NCBI GenBank assembly: GCA_004212155.1
Contig: RXIG01000004.1
Span: forward strand, 19,855-83,854
Reading direction: 5' to 3'
Length of the DNA: 64,000 nt
Origin: an archaeon
GTDB lineage: Archaea; Methanobacteriota_B; Thermococci; Methanofastidiosales; NM3
The translations under genes were made by a program, and so were the position numbers. Below, one piece after another: positions 19,817-29,385 of this stretch. The notes under the pieces were generated by a model that worked only from the letters and a program-made list of their open reading frames with translations, had not been told where the DNA came from and ran no database searches. How positions within the stretch are numbered: the stretch's first letter is position 1; the number at the start of each line of letters is the position of its first letter.

Positions 19817-21277
19817 ATGCATTCATTTTCTAGAATAGCCGGTATTGCAGTGATACTGCTTCTGCTATGCGCAGGAATGGTTTCTGCACCGCCAGTAAAG
19901 GAATTAGACCTTCCAGATGCCGACATCGTCGTGGAAGGCGCCATCATAACTGATGTTGATGAGACCAACATAACGATACGTGCATATTCAAACGTTATTG
20001 AGATCGATGCCAGCGTCACAGATAGGGAATACACCTTCATGGTACGTAATGTGCGGGTTGATGACCTGGATGTCGAGGGGGTGCCGGATTATGTACCTGT
20101 GTCTTCGACGTCGATATCGTTCGTGGTGGCTCCCGCTACTACCACATCAATCACGATCTCGAACACCGCGTCCGATACCGGTTCTTTCAAATTCGTCGTC
20201 GTTGGCGACAATCGAGACGGCCCTGAGACGTTCACCACGATTCTCGAGGAGATAAACGCAGATTCCTATGCATTCTGCATCAATACTGGTGACATCATAT
20301 CATCTGGCAGACGAGATCAGTTCCAAGAATTCATGGACATGGTAGATGATCTTGCCATACCGCTGTATGTTTCCATAGGCAATCATGAGCTCTACAACAA
20401 CTCCCCCGAACATGCCATGGAGTTCCTTGGTGAGGTGAATTATTCGTTTGAATACGGTAACACGCTCTTTGTCATACTGGATGACTCGAATTACACCATA
20501 TCCGACGGGCAATATGAATGGATGGACGGCGTGATGGCATCAACGACGAAGGAAAACATCATCGTCTCTGCGCACATACCACCGTACGATCCGCGTGAAG
20601 GTGAAGACCATTGCCTCAACGAGGCGGATGCGCTACGATTTGAAACCTTCATGGCAGATCACGATGTCGACCTCGTACTTGCAGGACATATCCACATGTA
20701 CGATCATACAGTCATCAAAGGCGTTGACTATATCGTCACGGCTGGCGCCGGAGCACCCCTTTATGCCGACGAGGAAGAAGGGGGATTTTTCCATTATACC
20801 GTGGTTTCAGTCGAGGGGCAAGAAATAACGCATGAAGTGGTGAAGGTCACATCTCCCCTCTACACGATGGAGCGTGCACACGACCGGCTCACAGAAGCAG
20901 AAGAGATGTATAACACGACATATGAGGACCTCCAGAAAACAAGGCAGCTTTGCGAAACGCTTGAAGAAAAGGGGCGTGACATGAATGCATACTTCTCTAT
21001 GCTCGAGAATGCAGAGGAGACCCTTGGCGACGCACATGAGAACCTCGAATTAGCGCAGATCAAGTATGCTAACGAGTATTACCGTGAAACGTATGCTACG
21101 GCGAACGCTGCGCATTCCTATGCGCTCCAAGCGAACGTGACGATAGACTCAGTCTATGAAGAGGCAGTCGAATTGTCCATGGAAGAGGATTCATCCCCTA
21201 TGGTGTATGTCGTTTTGTTAGTTGTCTTCATAGTGGCTGGTGCGATAGCTGTGGCAATGATGCGAAGAAGAGGTTAG
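19817..21277 (+). CDS. Surface-anchored calcineurin-like metallophosphoesterase
   Basis: VGDNR, TGD, IGNHE, AHIPP, AGHIH motifs; signal peptide; helical stalk; C-terminal TM plus RRR. Confidence 0.88.
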   Translation: MHSFSRIAGIAVILLLLCAGMVSAPPVKELDLPDADIVVEGAIITDVDETNITIRAYSNVIEIDASVTDREYTFMVRNVRVDDLDVEGVPDYVPVSSTSISFVVAPATTTSITISNTASDTGSFKFVVVGDNRDGPETFTTILEEINADSYAFCINTGDIISSGRRDQFQEFMDMVDDLAIPLYVSIGNHELYNNSPEHAMEFLGEVNYSFEYGNTLFVILDDSNYTISDGQYEWMDGVMASTTKENIIVSAHIPPYDPREGEDHCLNEADALRFETFMADHDVDLVLAGHIHMYDHTVIKGVDYIVTAGAGAPLYADEEEGGFFHYTVVSVEGQEITHEVVKVTSPLYTMERAHDRLTEAEEMYNTTYEDLQKTRQLCETLEEKGRDMNAYFSMLENAEETLGDAHENLELAQIKYANEYYRETYATANAAHSYALQANVTIDSVYEEAVELSMEEDSSPMVYVVLLVVFIVAGAIAVAMMRRRG

Positions 21278-21684
21278 AGATCCACGAGCGCCATCCTTTC
21301 GTAGACGGCGCGCTGAAGATCTTCATGAGGGCTTATGTCATAGGCCCTCATTACCTTTTGCTTGTTTGCCATGAATGATATTTCCTGTATATTATCTCGT
21401 AAGGTGCCATCTAACACTATGATGCCTACGACGTCCTCGATACTCTTTGGGCCGAACTCAAGCGCCTTTGCTATTTGTTTTTTTCCTGATAACCGAACAA
21501 GGAACTCGATTGGCAGTTTGTTCGCGATATTTTGATTTTTTTCCATGGCCAATATTGCCATTTTAGCAGCGAAGAGCGCTTGTTGTTTGGATAGAATGTA
21601 ATTAGGATTAAATATAAGTATATTTTCTTCATTTTTTTCAATTATATCTACTAAATCTTGTTCTTTAACAATATACGCTTCCAT
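21274..21684 (-). CDS. cgi121: KEOPS complex subunit Cgi121
   Basis: NIANKLPIEFLVRLSGKKQIAKALEFG and terminal ERMAL. Confidence 0.85.
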   Translation of the reverse strand: MEAYIVKEQDLVDIIEKNEENILIFNPNYILSKQQALFAAKMAILAMEKNQNIANKLPIEFLVRLSGKKQIAKALEFGPKSIEDVVGIIVLDGTLRDNIQEISFMANKQKVMRAYDISPHEDLQRAVYERMALVDL

Positions 21685-21792
21685 GATTCAAGATACTCTG
21701 GATGATATATTAATGTTTCTGAGTTTGTATTTGAAGTATAAGCATTATTAGATACTTTTAGTCACTATTATAATTTAACATACGTTTAAAAC

Positions 21793-21807
21793 CGAAACGT
21801 TTATAAA
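21793..21807 (+). promoter_or_regulatory. Putative BRE-TATA promoter of cdrS-ftsZ2
   Basis: CGAAACG followed by TTTATAAA, about 60 nt upstream of the cdrS ATG. Confidence 0.55.
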
Positions 21808-21864
21808 TGATATTATCCTCATATTATGTAGACAATATCCTCATAGCATAGGGGCACGACTAAA

Positions 21865-22086
21865 ATGCAACTTTTGTCTATTCAGTTACCGGAGGCATAT
21901 ATCGCGGGTATAGACATGCTCGTGCTGTCAGGCTACTTTCCAAATCGTAGTGAAGCTATACGCAGCGCTGTTCGTGACCTAATTAGAAGCGAGCTCGGCG
22001 GCTTCCAGAATATCCGTGATTCATACATGATGATGCAAGCCCAAAAATCAAGCAATGGCGTCAATGAGGATATAGATGAGTTGTGA
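21865..22086 (+). CDS. cdrS: Ribbon-helix-helix regulator CdrS
   Basis: LSIQLPE..I..ID.LV..G.FPNRSEAIRSAVRDLI; immediately upstream of ftsZ, the conserved cdrS-ftsZ2 arrangement. Confidence 0.85.
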   Translation: MQLLSIQLPEAYIAGIDMLVLSGYFPNRSEAIRSAVRDLIRSELGGFQNIRDSYMMMQAQKSSNGVNEDIDEL

Positions 22087-22119
22087 TCAACTTTCAATAG
22101 GGGTAGGAGGAATAAATGG

Positions 22120-23235
22120 ATGAAAAGCATAATCGCGAACGCAAATCGTTACACTGATGGCACCAATGTAATGAGCGACGAAACCTTTGGCAAAGCCCGC
22201 ATCGTTGTTGTAGGGTGTGGTGGCGCCGGAAACAACACCATTACACGACTGCATATGCTTGGCGGCATAACGGGCGCTCAGACACTGGCCATCAATACTG
22301 ACAAACAGCATCTAGCCATAACTGAGGCTGATGCAAAGATACTAATCGGCAAGGACCTTACCGAGGGTCTTGGGGCCGGAGGGGATCCAGAACGCGGCTA
22401 CAAGGCCGCTGAGGAGAGCCGCCAGGAACTCAAGCAATGCCTTGATGGTGCTCACCTTGTGTTCATCACCGCAGGCATGGGTGGTGGCACAGGTACTGGA
22501 TCTGCTTCGGTCGTAGCCGAGATAGCAAAGTCATGTGGCGCACTCGTTATAGGTGTTGTCACGTTACCTTTCAAGATGGAAGGGGGACCTCGCCAGAAGA
22601 AGGCGGAGCTGGGGCTCAATATGCTTAATTCTATTGCTGATACAGTCATTACACTCGATAATAATAAATTGCTCCAACTTGTGCCAAACCAGCCCGTGAA
22701 CTATGCATTCTCTGTGGCTGATGAAGTCCTAGCAGAGATGGTAAAGGGACTGTCTGAAACGATCACGACACCCAGTCTTGTCAATCTCGACTTTGCAGAT
22801 ATCCGCGCCGTAATGCACAGCGGTGGATATGCCATGATCGGTGTCGGCGAGTCAAATACGAAAAATAGGGCCGAGGAGGCTGTTGTTGAGGCACTCAAGA
22901 ACAAGCTACTTGAGGTGGACTACAGCAACGCACGCGGCGCACTCGTTCACGTATCGGGCGGTGCCGACATGAGCCTATCTGAGGCCAACATGGTCGGCGA
23001 GCTCATCTGCAAGCAAATAGGCAAAGAGGCCAACGTCACATGGGGTGCCCGCATCGATGAGAATCTCAAGGATTCCATGCGCGTCATGCTCATACTGACG
23101 GGAGTTACCTCTCCCTGGATCTCCGGTAGGGAGGCCGACGGTGGAAAGGTGAGCTTCAAAGACTTTAGCTCCTTAGAGCAAAAGCGCAAAGGCGGGATCA
23201 ATTGGGCCGACTTCGGTATCCATAGGATTCGTTAG
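22120..23235 (+). CDS. ftsZ: Cell division protein FtsZ (FtsZ2 clade by synteny)
   Basis: [30 protein letters not shown]-terminal FGIHRIR tail. Confidence 0.96.
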   Translation: MKSIIANANRYTDGTNVMSDETFGKARIVVVGCGGAGNNTITRLHMLGGITGAQTLAINTDKQHLAITEADAKILIGKDLTEGLGAGGDPERGYKAAEESRQELKQCLDGAHLVFITAGMGGGTGTGSASVVAEIAKSCGALVIGVVTLPFKMEGGPRQKKAELGLNMLNSIADTVITLDNNKLLQLVPNQPVNYAFSVADEVLAEMVKGLSETITTPSLVNLDFADIRAVMHSGGYAMIGVGESNTKNRAEEAVVEALKNKLLEVDYSNARGALVHVSGGADMSLSEANMVGELICKQIGKEANVTWGARIDENLKDSMRVMLILTGVTSPWISGREADGGKVSFKDFSSLEQKRKGGINWADFGIHRIR

Positions 23236-23243
23236 TCATTTGA

Positions 23244-23265
23244 TTCCTCCCCCCTTTTCTTTTTT
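23244..23265 (+). terminator. Pyrimidine/oligo-T terminator after ftsZ
   Basis: TTCCTCCCCCCTTTTCTTTTTT directly after the stop codon. Confidence 0.55.
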
Positions 23266-23635
23266 GTCTTGAGGGCTTGAGGTGCATACCTTAGTTAACA
23301 CCATTAGTGCATACTAATGGTGCCTCTGGGCACAGAGTGAAAATTTCATCATACTGCTTTCAATACATATGTAGGAAGATTCGTTTCGTATCATGCTATG
23401 TACCAGCACATGTGGTATCATGGCGGTTGTGATGATAAGCTCATTTATATTCTGTTAAAAACTCAAACCAATGTGTTTAACTCCATCGTAGTTTGCATTA
23501 TCTCATGTTTTTGAGCAGTTCTTTAAAAATAATGAAAAGGAAAGTATTTTATAACTGCTTAGGTTAGTAGTATAGTATGGATTCTGGCCCCATACGGTCG
23601 CCTGTAGGAACTTTTTCTATCCGCCGTTTAGGCAG

Positions 23636-26600
23636 GTGGAGCGGATGAGAAACACGGTTACTGTCTTCACACTGTTCATCATTGTGGGAAGTCTGCTTGC
23701 TATCGGATTTGAAAGTGGCTTTGTCTCCTCTCAGATTTCGGGAGAAGGATACTACTCGTCTGGTGTAAATCATTTTCAATCTTTGTTTAGCAATGTATTG
23801 TTCCTTTTCATCTTCGGTGGGCTTACTGTCTTTTTGGTTCTAATGCGAAAAAAGGAATCGCTCATCGGCAAGGTCTTTGGGAAGATACCGCGAGGGCAGG
23901 AGCTCGCTGATACGGAAACCGCTCTTTACATTCCACTTGCAGTATTTGCTGTCTTGACGATCCTTTCTGCCTGGAATCTTTGGGGAACACTCAACTGGTC
24001 ATGGGACCTTCCGAGTAAGTATTTTGGCACGTTTTACTGGACAGGCATCTCCCTTGCCATCGTTGGCGGATTGATACGCAGCGCCATCGTGTTCATTCCA
24101 CTTACGTCGCGGCGTAGCATCCTGTATACCTTGCTAAAAGGAGGAATAGGACAGCGTGAACAACCGGTGCCGTTTGAGGCACCATGGAAGTTCTTCATAC
24201 CCTGGACGATTTTGAAGTTTGCGCTAGGCATATGGCTTTTTTCGGACATGATGCTTGGTCTTTGGTTTGTGGGAGGCAACGGAATCACGCTCTTTACTCA
24301 TGATACTCATGCGATTTACTCTGAACTGCTCATCATCGGCCCATCCTTGGCGGGTGCTATCACCTATCGGTTGTTCATTTACGTGCTCCACAACCTGATG
24401 AGCCTTGGACAGTCGTTCAACACGTTGTTCACCTATGGTACCACTGATGAATCAGGGTACGGACCGATAGTCGGGCGCTTCATGCGTGTTCTAAGCGTGG
24501 CCCTTCTCTTCTGGGCCATCAACTCCTTGTTTGGCATCACGGGGCAATTCGAGTCGCTCGTGGGTCCCTATCGTCACGATCTGTTTGCCTACATGGTCGA
24601 GGTGGGAGCAGGTATCACATTGTTTACATTGGGGGGTTTATTCCTTTCTAGCGATCGAAAGAGAATGCTTATTCGGACTATATCATCCGGAGCCCTGGCA
24701 GTGTTCCTCCTGGCCTTCGTATTCTATTATAGTCCCGATACGCGTGTTACGTCCGGATTTTTCGTTGGTATCATAGTGCCCGCTGTGATTTTTGCATTGT
24801 GGTACCTCTTTTTGCAAGAACGCGTGCAAGAGCGTCTCACAAGCTCATTCAGTGCATCGGATGAGGACACCAACCGACTGCGTGTTTACAGCACGGTCAT
24901 GATAGTGGTCGTGATCATGTTCGTCTCACTCGTTGCCGGATCCGTGGGGAGCAATCTGTGGCTTAGGCCGCAACACCGGCAGGACCCCCTTAACATCAAT
25001 GCGGATATCATCGAAAAAGAGCTTGCATTGAATGCTTTTAGCTCGGGTCTTGATTTCGAAGAGATCTTTTGGGACTTTGCTCAGGAAGATACTGTGGCTT
25101 CAGTTGGTGACATCGACTCCCTCATATCCCAGAATCAGGACACGTTCGATATCGTCCGGTTGTGGGACAGGGAACGTATCGTCACGCGGGTACGCCCCAC
25201 TGTTGGGGTAAAATATCTTGAGATGGGTGACACCGACGTCATACGCCTGACGGAGGATGGACCTCTCCGGCAGTACTGGTTCACTCCGAAAAACCTCAAT
25301 CTCGAGGAGATCCTTGCGGGGTCTGAGAATGCATGGTACAACGAGCACAAGGTTTACACGCACAGCATAGGCTATATCGGTATCGAAGCACTTTCAGGGT
25401 CGTTTGTCAACTGGCCGTGGCTCAACAATAACATATACTTTGGTGAGGGGGAGTATAGGGGATTCATCTACGACTACGAGGACAATGAGATCGAGGGCAA
25501 TTATACTGGTTCTACCGTTCGTCCCTCACTTCCCATACGAGATGTGTTTGTTCAGGAATTTCCCCGTCTCTTCAGGGGTGAGACGGTCGCATACATGAAC
25601 ATCTTCAAAATGGCGGGAGAGCTGTTTCCTTATCTCAAGATCGACTCCGATCCGTACATAGTCATCGATGATACCGACACCGTATGGTATTCAATGGATG
25701 CTGGCGTCAACATCGCAACTTCCAAGATACCACTCGTAAAGGCACCCTACGTGCGCCCCATTCTAAAGATTCTGATCAACACTGAAACGGGCGAATACGA
25801 CATATATTATGTGGAGAATAGCAACGATGAAATAGTCCTGCCGCTCATCCGTTCGGTATATGGTGATGAGATAAAGCCGTTGGAGGAATCACCCGCATGG
25901 TACAAGCGACAGCTTAGGTACCCTGAGATATTCATGACCTCTCAGGTAGAGATCATGAATACGTATCATGTCAACTCTTCGAGCTACCTTCCCGATGTCG
26001 AGGAAATAACCACCCTGGCCCGTCTCCAGACTTACGTGAACGAGAAGGACTTCTTCGAGATCCCTAAGGGGGAGGATTTACGTCATGTGCTGCAAACGTT
26101 CTTTGGCAAGAAGGAGTTCGTCTCGATGATAGCCGTCGAGTTCAGTGGCCGGCAGATCCTCAACATACCGGGGCTATGGGTCATGAAGAACAGCTACGAT
26201 GAGTATGGTACCATGACGCTTATCCGTGTTCCCTCCAGTGCGCAAGAAGAGTTGCGCGTCATAGGGACAAGCGTGGTGCCCGATGCGTTAAACGCTGACG
26301 AGGAGATCAGCTTCTGGAAGCGCACCCAAGAGGACCGAGACCAAGGAAATATGATCATTTACCGTATCGGTGAGCGCCTCTATTACTTTGTTCCATTCTA
26401 TACGGGTATGAACAAGACGGTGACGCTCCAGAAGGTGGCATGTGTCAGGGCCCATACTGGTAGTCAGCAGGAATCCATCAATGTCGGATTCGCTGATAGT
26501 CCTGAAGCAGCTTTCAGGAATCTACAACTTGAACTTCTTGCCTCACGTATCTCGGGCCGTAACATCGGCACGTACCAAGAGGCGATAAAGGTCATCTCAG

Positions 26601-26788
26601 GGGAGACAGACGACGGGGGCGAGACCATTACACAGATCATATCGGAGATGAACTTCCTGCTCGAACGCCGCGCTGAACTCCTTGCACAGGGGGATGAAGT
26701 ACAGGCGGCCCAGCTGCTCGAGGACTTCTTTGACCTCTACAATCAGCTCGAGCAGTTGATCGGGGAGTTGGAGCCAACCGATCAATAA
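23636..26788 (+). CDS. UPF0182 (COG1615) family membrane protein
   Basis: Many N-terminal TMs; VRLWD, WYNEHKVYTHSIG, IYFGE, DSDPY, QLRYPEIF..Q motifs. Confidence 0.82.
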   Translation: MERMRNTVTVFTLFIIVGSLLAIGFESGFVSSQISGEGYYSSGVNHFQSLFSNVLFLFIFGGLTVFLVLMRKKESLIGKVFGKIPRGQELADTETALYIPLAVFAVLTILSAWNLWGTLNWSWDLPSKYFGTFYWTGISLAIVGGLIRSAIVFIPLTSRRSILYTLLKGGIGQREQPVPFEAPWKFFIPWTILKFALGIWLFSDMMLGLWFVGGNGITLFTHDTHAIYSELLIIGPSLAGAITYRLFIYVLHNLMSLGQSFNTLFTYGTTDESGYGPIVGRFMRVLSVALLFWAINSLFGITGQFESLVGPYRHDLFAYMVEVGAGITLFTLGGLFLSSDRKRMLIRTISSGALAVFLLAFVFYYSPDTRVTSGFFVGIIVPAVIFALWYLFLQERVQERLTSSFSASDEDTNRLRVYSTVMIVVVIMFVSLVAGSVGSNLWLRPQHRQDPLNINADIIEKELALNAFSSGLDFEEIFWDFAQEDTVASVGDIDSLISQNQDTFDIVRLWDRERIVTRVRPTVGVKYLEMGDTDVIRLTEDGPLRQYWFTPKNLNLEEILAGSENAWYNEHKVYTHSIGYIGIEALSGSFVNWPWLNNNIYFGEGEYRGFIYDYEDNEIEGNYTGSTVRPSLPIRDVFVQEFPRLFRGETVAYMNIFKMAGELFPYLKIDSDPYIVIDDTDTVWYSMDAGVNIATSKIPLVKAPYVRPILKILINTETGEYDIYYVENSNDEIVLPLIRSVYGDEIKPLEESPAWYKRQLRYPEIFMTSQVEIMNTYHVNSSSYLPDVEEITTLARLQTYVNEKDFFEIPKGEDLRHVLQTFFGKKEFVSMIAVEFSGRQILNIPGLWVMKNSYDEYGTMTLIRVPSSAQEELRVIGTSVVPDALNADEEISFWKRTQEDRDQGNMIIYRIGERLYYFVPFYTGMNKTVTLQKVACVRAHTGSQQESINVGFADSPEAAFRNLQLELLASRISGRNIGTYQEAIKVISGETDDGGETITQIISEMNFLLERRAELLAQGDEVQAAQLLEDFFDLYNQLEQLIGELEPTDQ

Positions 26789-27249
26789 CTGCAGCTGCCC
26801 GGGCGCTTCCTGAGATAATGCTGATGATAGTCCTCTGCAGGATAGAACGGGCCAGCGGCAACGATCTCAGTAACGACTCGTTTCGAGTAGCGCCCTGTCT
26901 TTTCAAGCGCGTGCTTGGAATCAAGGGCCTTTTTTCTTTGCGTATCGTTATGGTAAAAGATCGCTGAACGATACTGCGACCCAACGTCCGGGCCTTGACG
27001 ATTTAATGTCGTGGGGTCATGAATGCGCCAGAATATATCTAATAATTCATCATAGCTCACGATAGAAGGGTCGTAAGTGGCCTCAACAGCCTCTGCATGG
27101 CCCGTTCTTCCGCTACAAACATCCTTGTATGTCGGATCGGTGGTCATACCGCCCGTATAGCCTGCAAGCGTTCGGACAACGCCAGATATCTCGTCAAACG
27201 CCGCCTGGACGCCCCAAAAGCATCCGGCGGCAAACGTAGCCTTCTCCAT
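26782..27249 (-). CDS. msrA: Peptide-methionine (S)-S-oxide reductase
   Basis: AAGCFWG, GHAEAV, RQGPDVGSQYRS, AEDYHQ. Confidence 0.97.
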   Translation of the reverse strand: MEKATFAAGCFWGVQAAFDEISGVVRTLAGYTGGMTTDPTYKDVCSGRTGHAEAVEATYDPSIVSYDELLDIFWRIHDPTTLNRQGPDVGSQYRSAIFYHNDTQRKKALDSKHALEKTGRYSKRVVTEIVAAGPFYPAEDYHQHYLRKRPGSCSY

Positions 27250-27286
27250 GGTGCTTATATGGGCAGCATATTAATAATGGTGTGGT

Positions 27287-29296
27287 CTAGCGGACCTTGG
27301 CACCGGGTTCAATGTCAGATTCGACGGTAAGGAGACTTACCGAATCACCTTTCTCCGCCGCAAGCAGCATCCCCTGGCTTTCTATACCAAAGAGCTTGGC
27401 CGGTTCGAGATTTGCAATCATGACTATCTTCTTTCCCTGTATGCTCTCAGGTGCATAGAACTCAGCAAGGCCTGCCACGAGCTGGCGTTTCTCATCGCCT
27501 ATGTCAACGATGAGCTTGAGGAGCTTTTTTGACCCCTCAACGCGCTCGGCAGACTCCACGTATCCTACCCTGAAATCACATTTCGCAAAATCATCATATT
27601 GTATCATTGAAGATTCCTCCTTCTTTTGCGCCTGCTTCTTACCACTATACCTCGTCTTCAAGGAACTGATGGTCTTGTCCTCAAGCTTCTTGAACAGCAT
27701 CACAGGTGATGCTATGCGCTCACCGCCAGAAAACATGGGTCGTCGCGCCTGGTCCCATGGCGACGTGTGTACATCGCCTTGCGCCTTGAGCATGTTCCAG
27801 ACCTTCTCGGCCGTTTCTGGGAGGTATGGTTCCATGGCTATGGCCATCGTTGCGCACAGGTTGAGCGCGGTCTTGATCGTATGCGGCCGTCGAGATTCGT
27901 TCTTCCATGGTTCGTCTTCCTGGAAGAACTGATTGCCCATCCTGGCAAGTTTCATCAACAACTTCAGGCCGGACTTCAGGCGGGCCGAGCCGATGTCAGA
28001 CGCCATCTGGTCAATGGTTGCACCCACCTCCTGGTAGAACGCTGTGTCACGCTCCTCATCGTCAACGTCCGGAACGACGCCACCGTAGTATTTGTTGACA
28101 AAGGTCAAAGCGCGGTAGATGAAGTTGCCCAGATTGCCGACGAGTTCCTCGTTGTTGCGTTTCTGGAAGTCCTCCCAGGTAAAGTCGACATCTGACTTTT
28201 CGGGGCGATTTATGTAGATGTAGTATCTCCATACGTCCACTGGTATTGACGTATCTATGACGTCGTTTCCGAAGATGCCCCTGCCGCGGGATTTGGAGAA
28301 CGCACCGCCTTCGTAGTTGAGGTATTCTGTGCTTGACAGCTGATGGACAAGTATGTAGCCATCATCGGCTGCCATGAGCGTTGCAGGAAACATGATGGTA
28401 TGGAACGGTACGTTGTCTTTTCCCATGAACTGGTAGAGGTCAACGTCTGGGTCTTTCCACCATCGTTTCCAGTCGTCATTGGTGCGGGCCGCATAATCCG
28501 CAGTGATGGAGATATAACCGATACATGCATCAAACCATACATAAAAAACCTTGTTGTCCCATCCTTCGAGCGGAACCTTCACCCCCCATTGGAGGTCTCT
28601 GGTGATGCATCGCGGCTCAAGCCCTTCATGGATCCAACCTAGTGAGAAGTTGCGCGCATTTGCAGACCAGTTCCTCTTGCCCGTAATCCATGGCTCGAGC
28701 TTGTCTGAGAGCTTGGGAAGGTCGAGGAAAAGGTGCCGAGAGGTACGGATCGTTGCCGCAGACCCGCATATCGTACAGCACGGATCTATGAGCTCCTTTG
28801 CATCAAGAACCTTGCTGCAGTCCTCGCACTGGTCGCCTCGTGCGTTGTTGGATCCACAGTGTGGACACGTTCCCTCGACGAAGCGATCGGCTAGGAACTT
28901 CTCACATTTTGGACAGTATGTCTGTTCAAGGTCCTTTTCAAAGATGTATCCGTTGTTATATGCCTTGAGGAACAGGTCTTGCGTTATTTCATGGTGGTAG
29001 TGTGTCGACGTCCGTCCAAAGTAGTCAAACGAGATATTGAACCATTCATATATCTCCTTGTGCTTCTTGTAGTACTTGTCGCATATCTCTTGCGGGCTGA
29101 GCCCTTCCTTGAGGGCTATGGACTCCGTTGTCGTCCCATGCTCGTCTGTTCCACAGACATAGAGCACCTCGTTTTGAGTGTGTCGCTGATAGCGAGCGAA
29201 GACATCGGCCGAGAGCACTTGTATGATGTTACCCAAATGGGGTATGTTGTTAACGTACGGCAATGCACACGTGATTAGGATCTTTTTCTTGGTCAT
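27287..29296 (-). CDS. metG: Methionine--tRNA ligase with C-terminal tRNA-binding domain
   Basis: ALPYVN..PHLGN, GTDEHG, Zn knuckles, YVWFDA, FSKS, C-terminal Trbp111-like domain; likely start MTKKK at 29296. Confidence 0.97.
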   Translation of the reverse strand: MTKKKILITCALPYVNNIPHLGNIIQVLSADVFARYQRHTQNEVLYVCGTDEHGTTTESIALKEGLSPQEICDKYYKKHKEIYEWFNISFDYFGRTSTHYHHEITQDLFLKAYNNGYIFEKDLEQTYCPKCEKFLADRFVEGTCPHCGSNNARGDQCEDCSKVLDAKELIDPCCTICGSAATIRTSRHLFLDLPKLSDKLEPWITGKRNWSANARNFSLGWIHEGLEPRCITRDLQWGVKVPLEGWDNKVFYVWFDACIGYISITADYAARTNDDWKRWWKDPDVDLYQFMGKDNVPFHTIMFPATLMAADDGYILVHQLSSTEYLNYEGGAFSKSRGRGIFGNDVIDTSIPVDVWRYYIYINRPEKSDVDFTWEDFQKRNNEELVGNLGNFIYRALTFVNKYYGGVVPDVDDEERDTAFYQEVGATIDQMASDIGSARLKSGLKLLMKLARMGNQFFQEDEPWKNESRRPHTIKTALNLCATMAIAMEPYLPETAEKVWNMLKAQGDVHTSPWDQARRPMFSGGERIASPVMLFKKLEDKTISSLKTRYSGKKQAQKKEESSMIQYDDFAKCDFRVGYVESAERVEGSKKLLKLIVDIGDEKRQLVAGLAEFYAPESIQGKKIVMIANLEPAKLFGIESQGMLLAAEKGDSVSLLTVESDIEPGAKVR

Positions 29297-29385
29297 TGTC
29301 ACACCTCTACCACGTAGAAACGATATCACCCACATGCGAAGTTATATTTAAATAGTTTCGGTTTTAGTAGGGGGTTAGTGATGGC

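Noticed and set aside
23299-23322. Palindrome considered as a dif/Xer site
   Set aside because: It has 10-bp arms with a 4-nt spacer and lacks the 11-6-11 layout and TTATA-type arm of archaeal dif sites; kept only as a hairpin/operator candidate.
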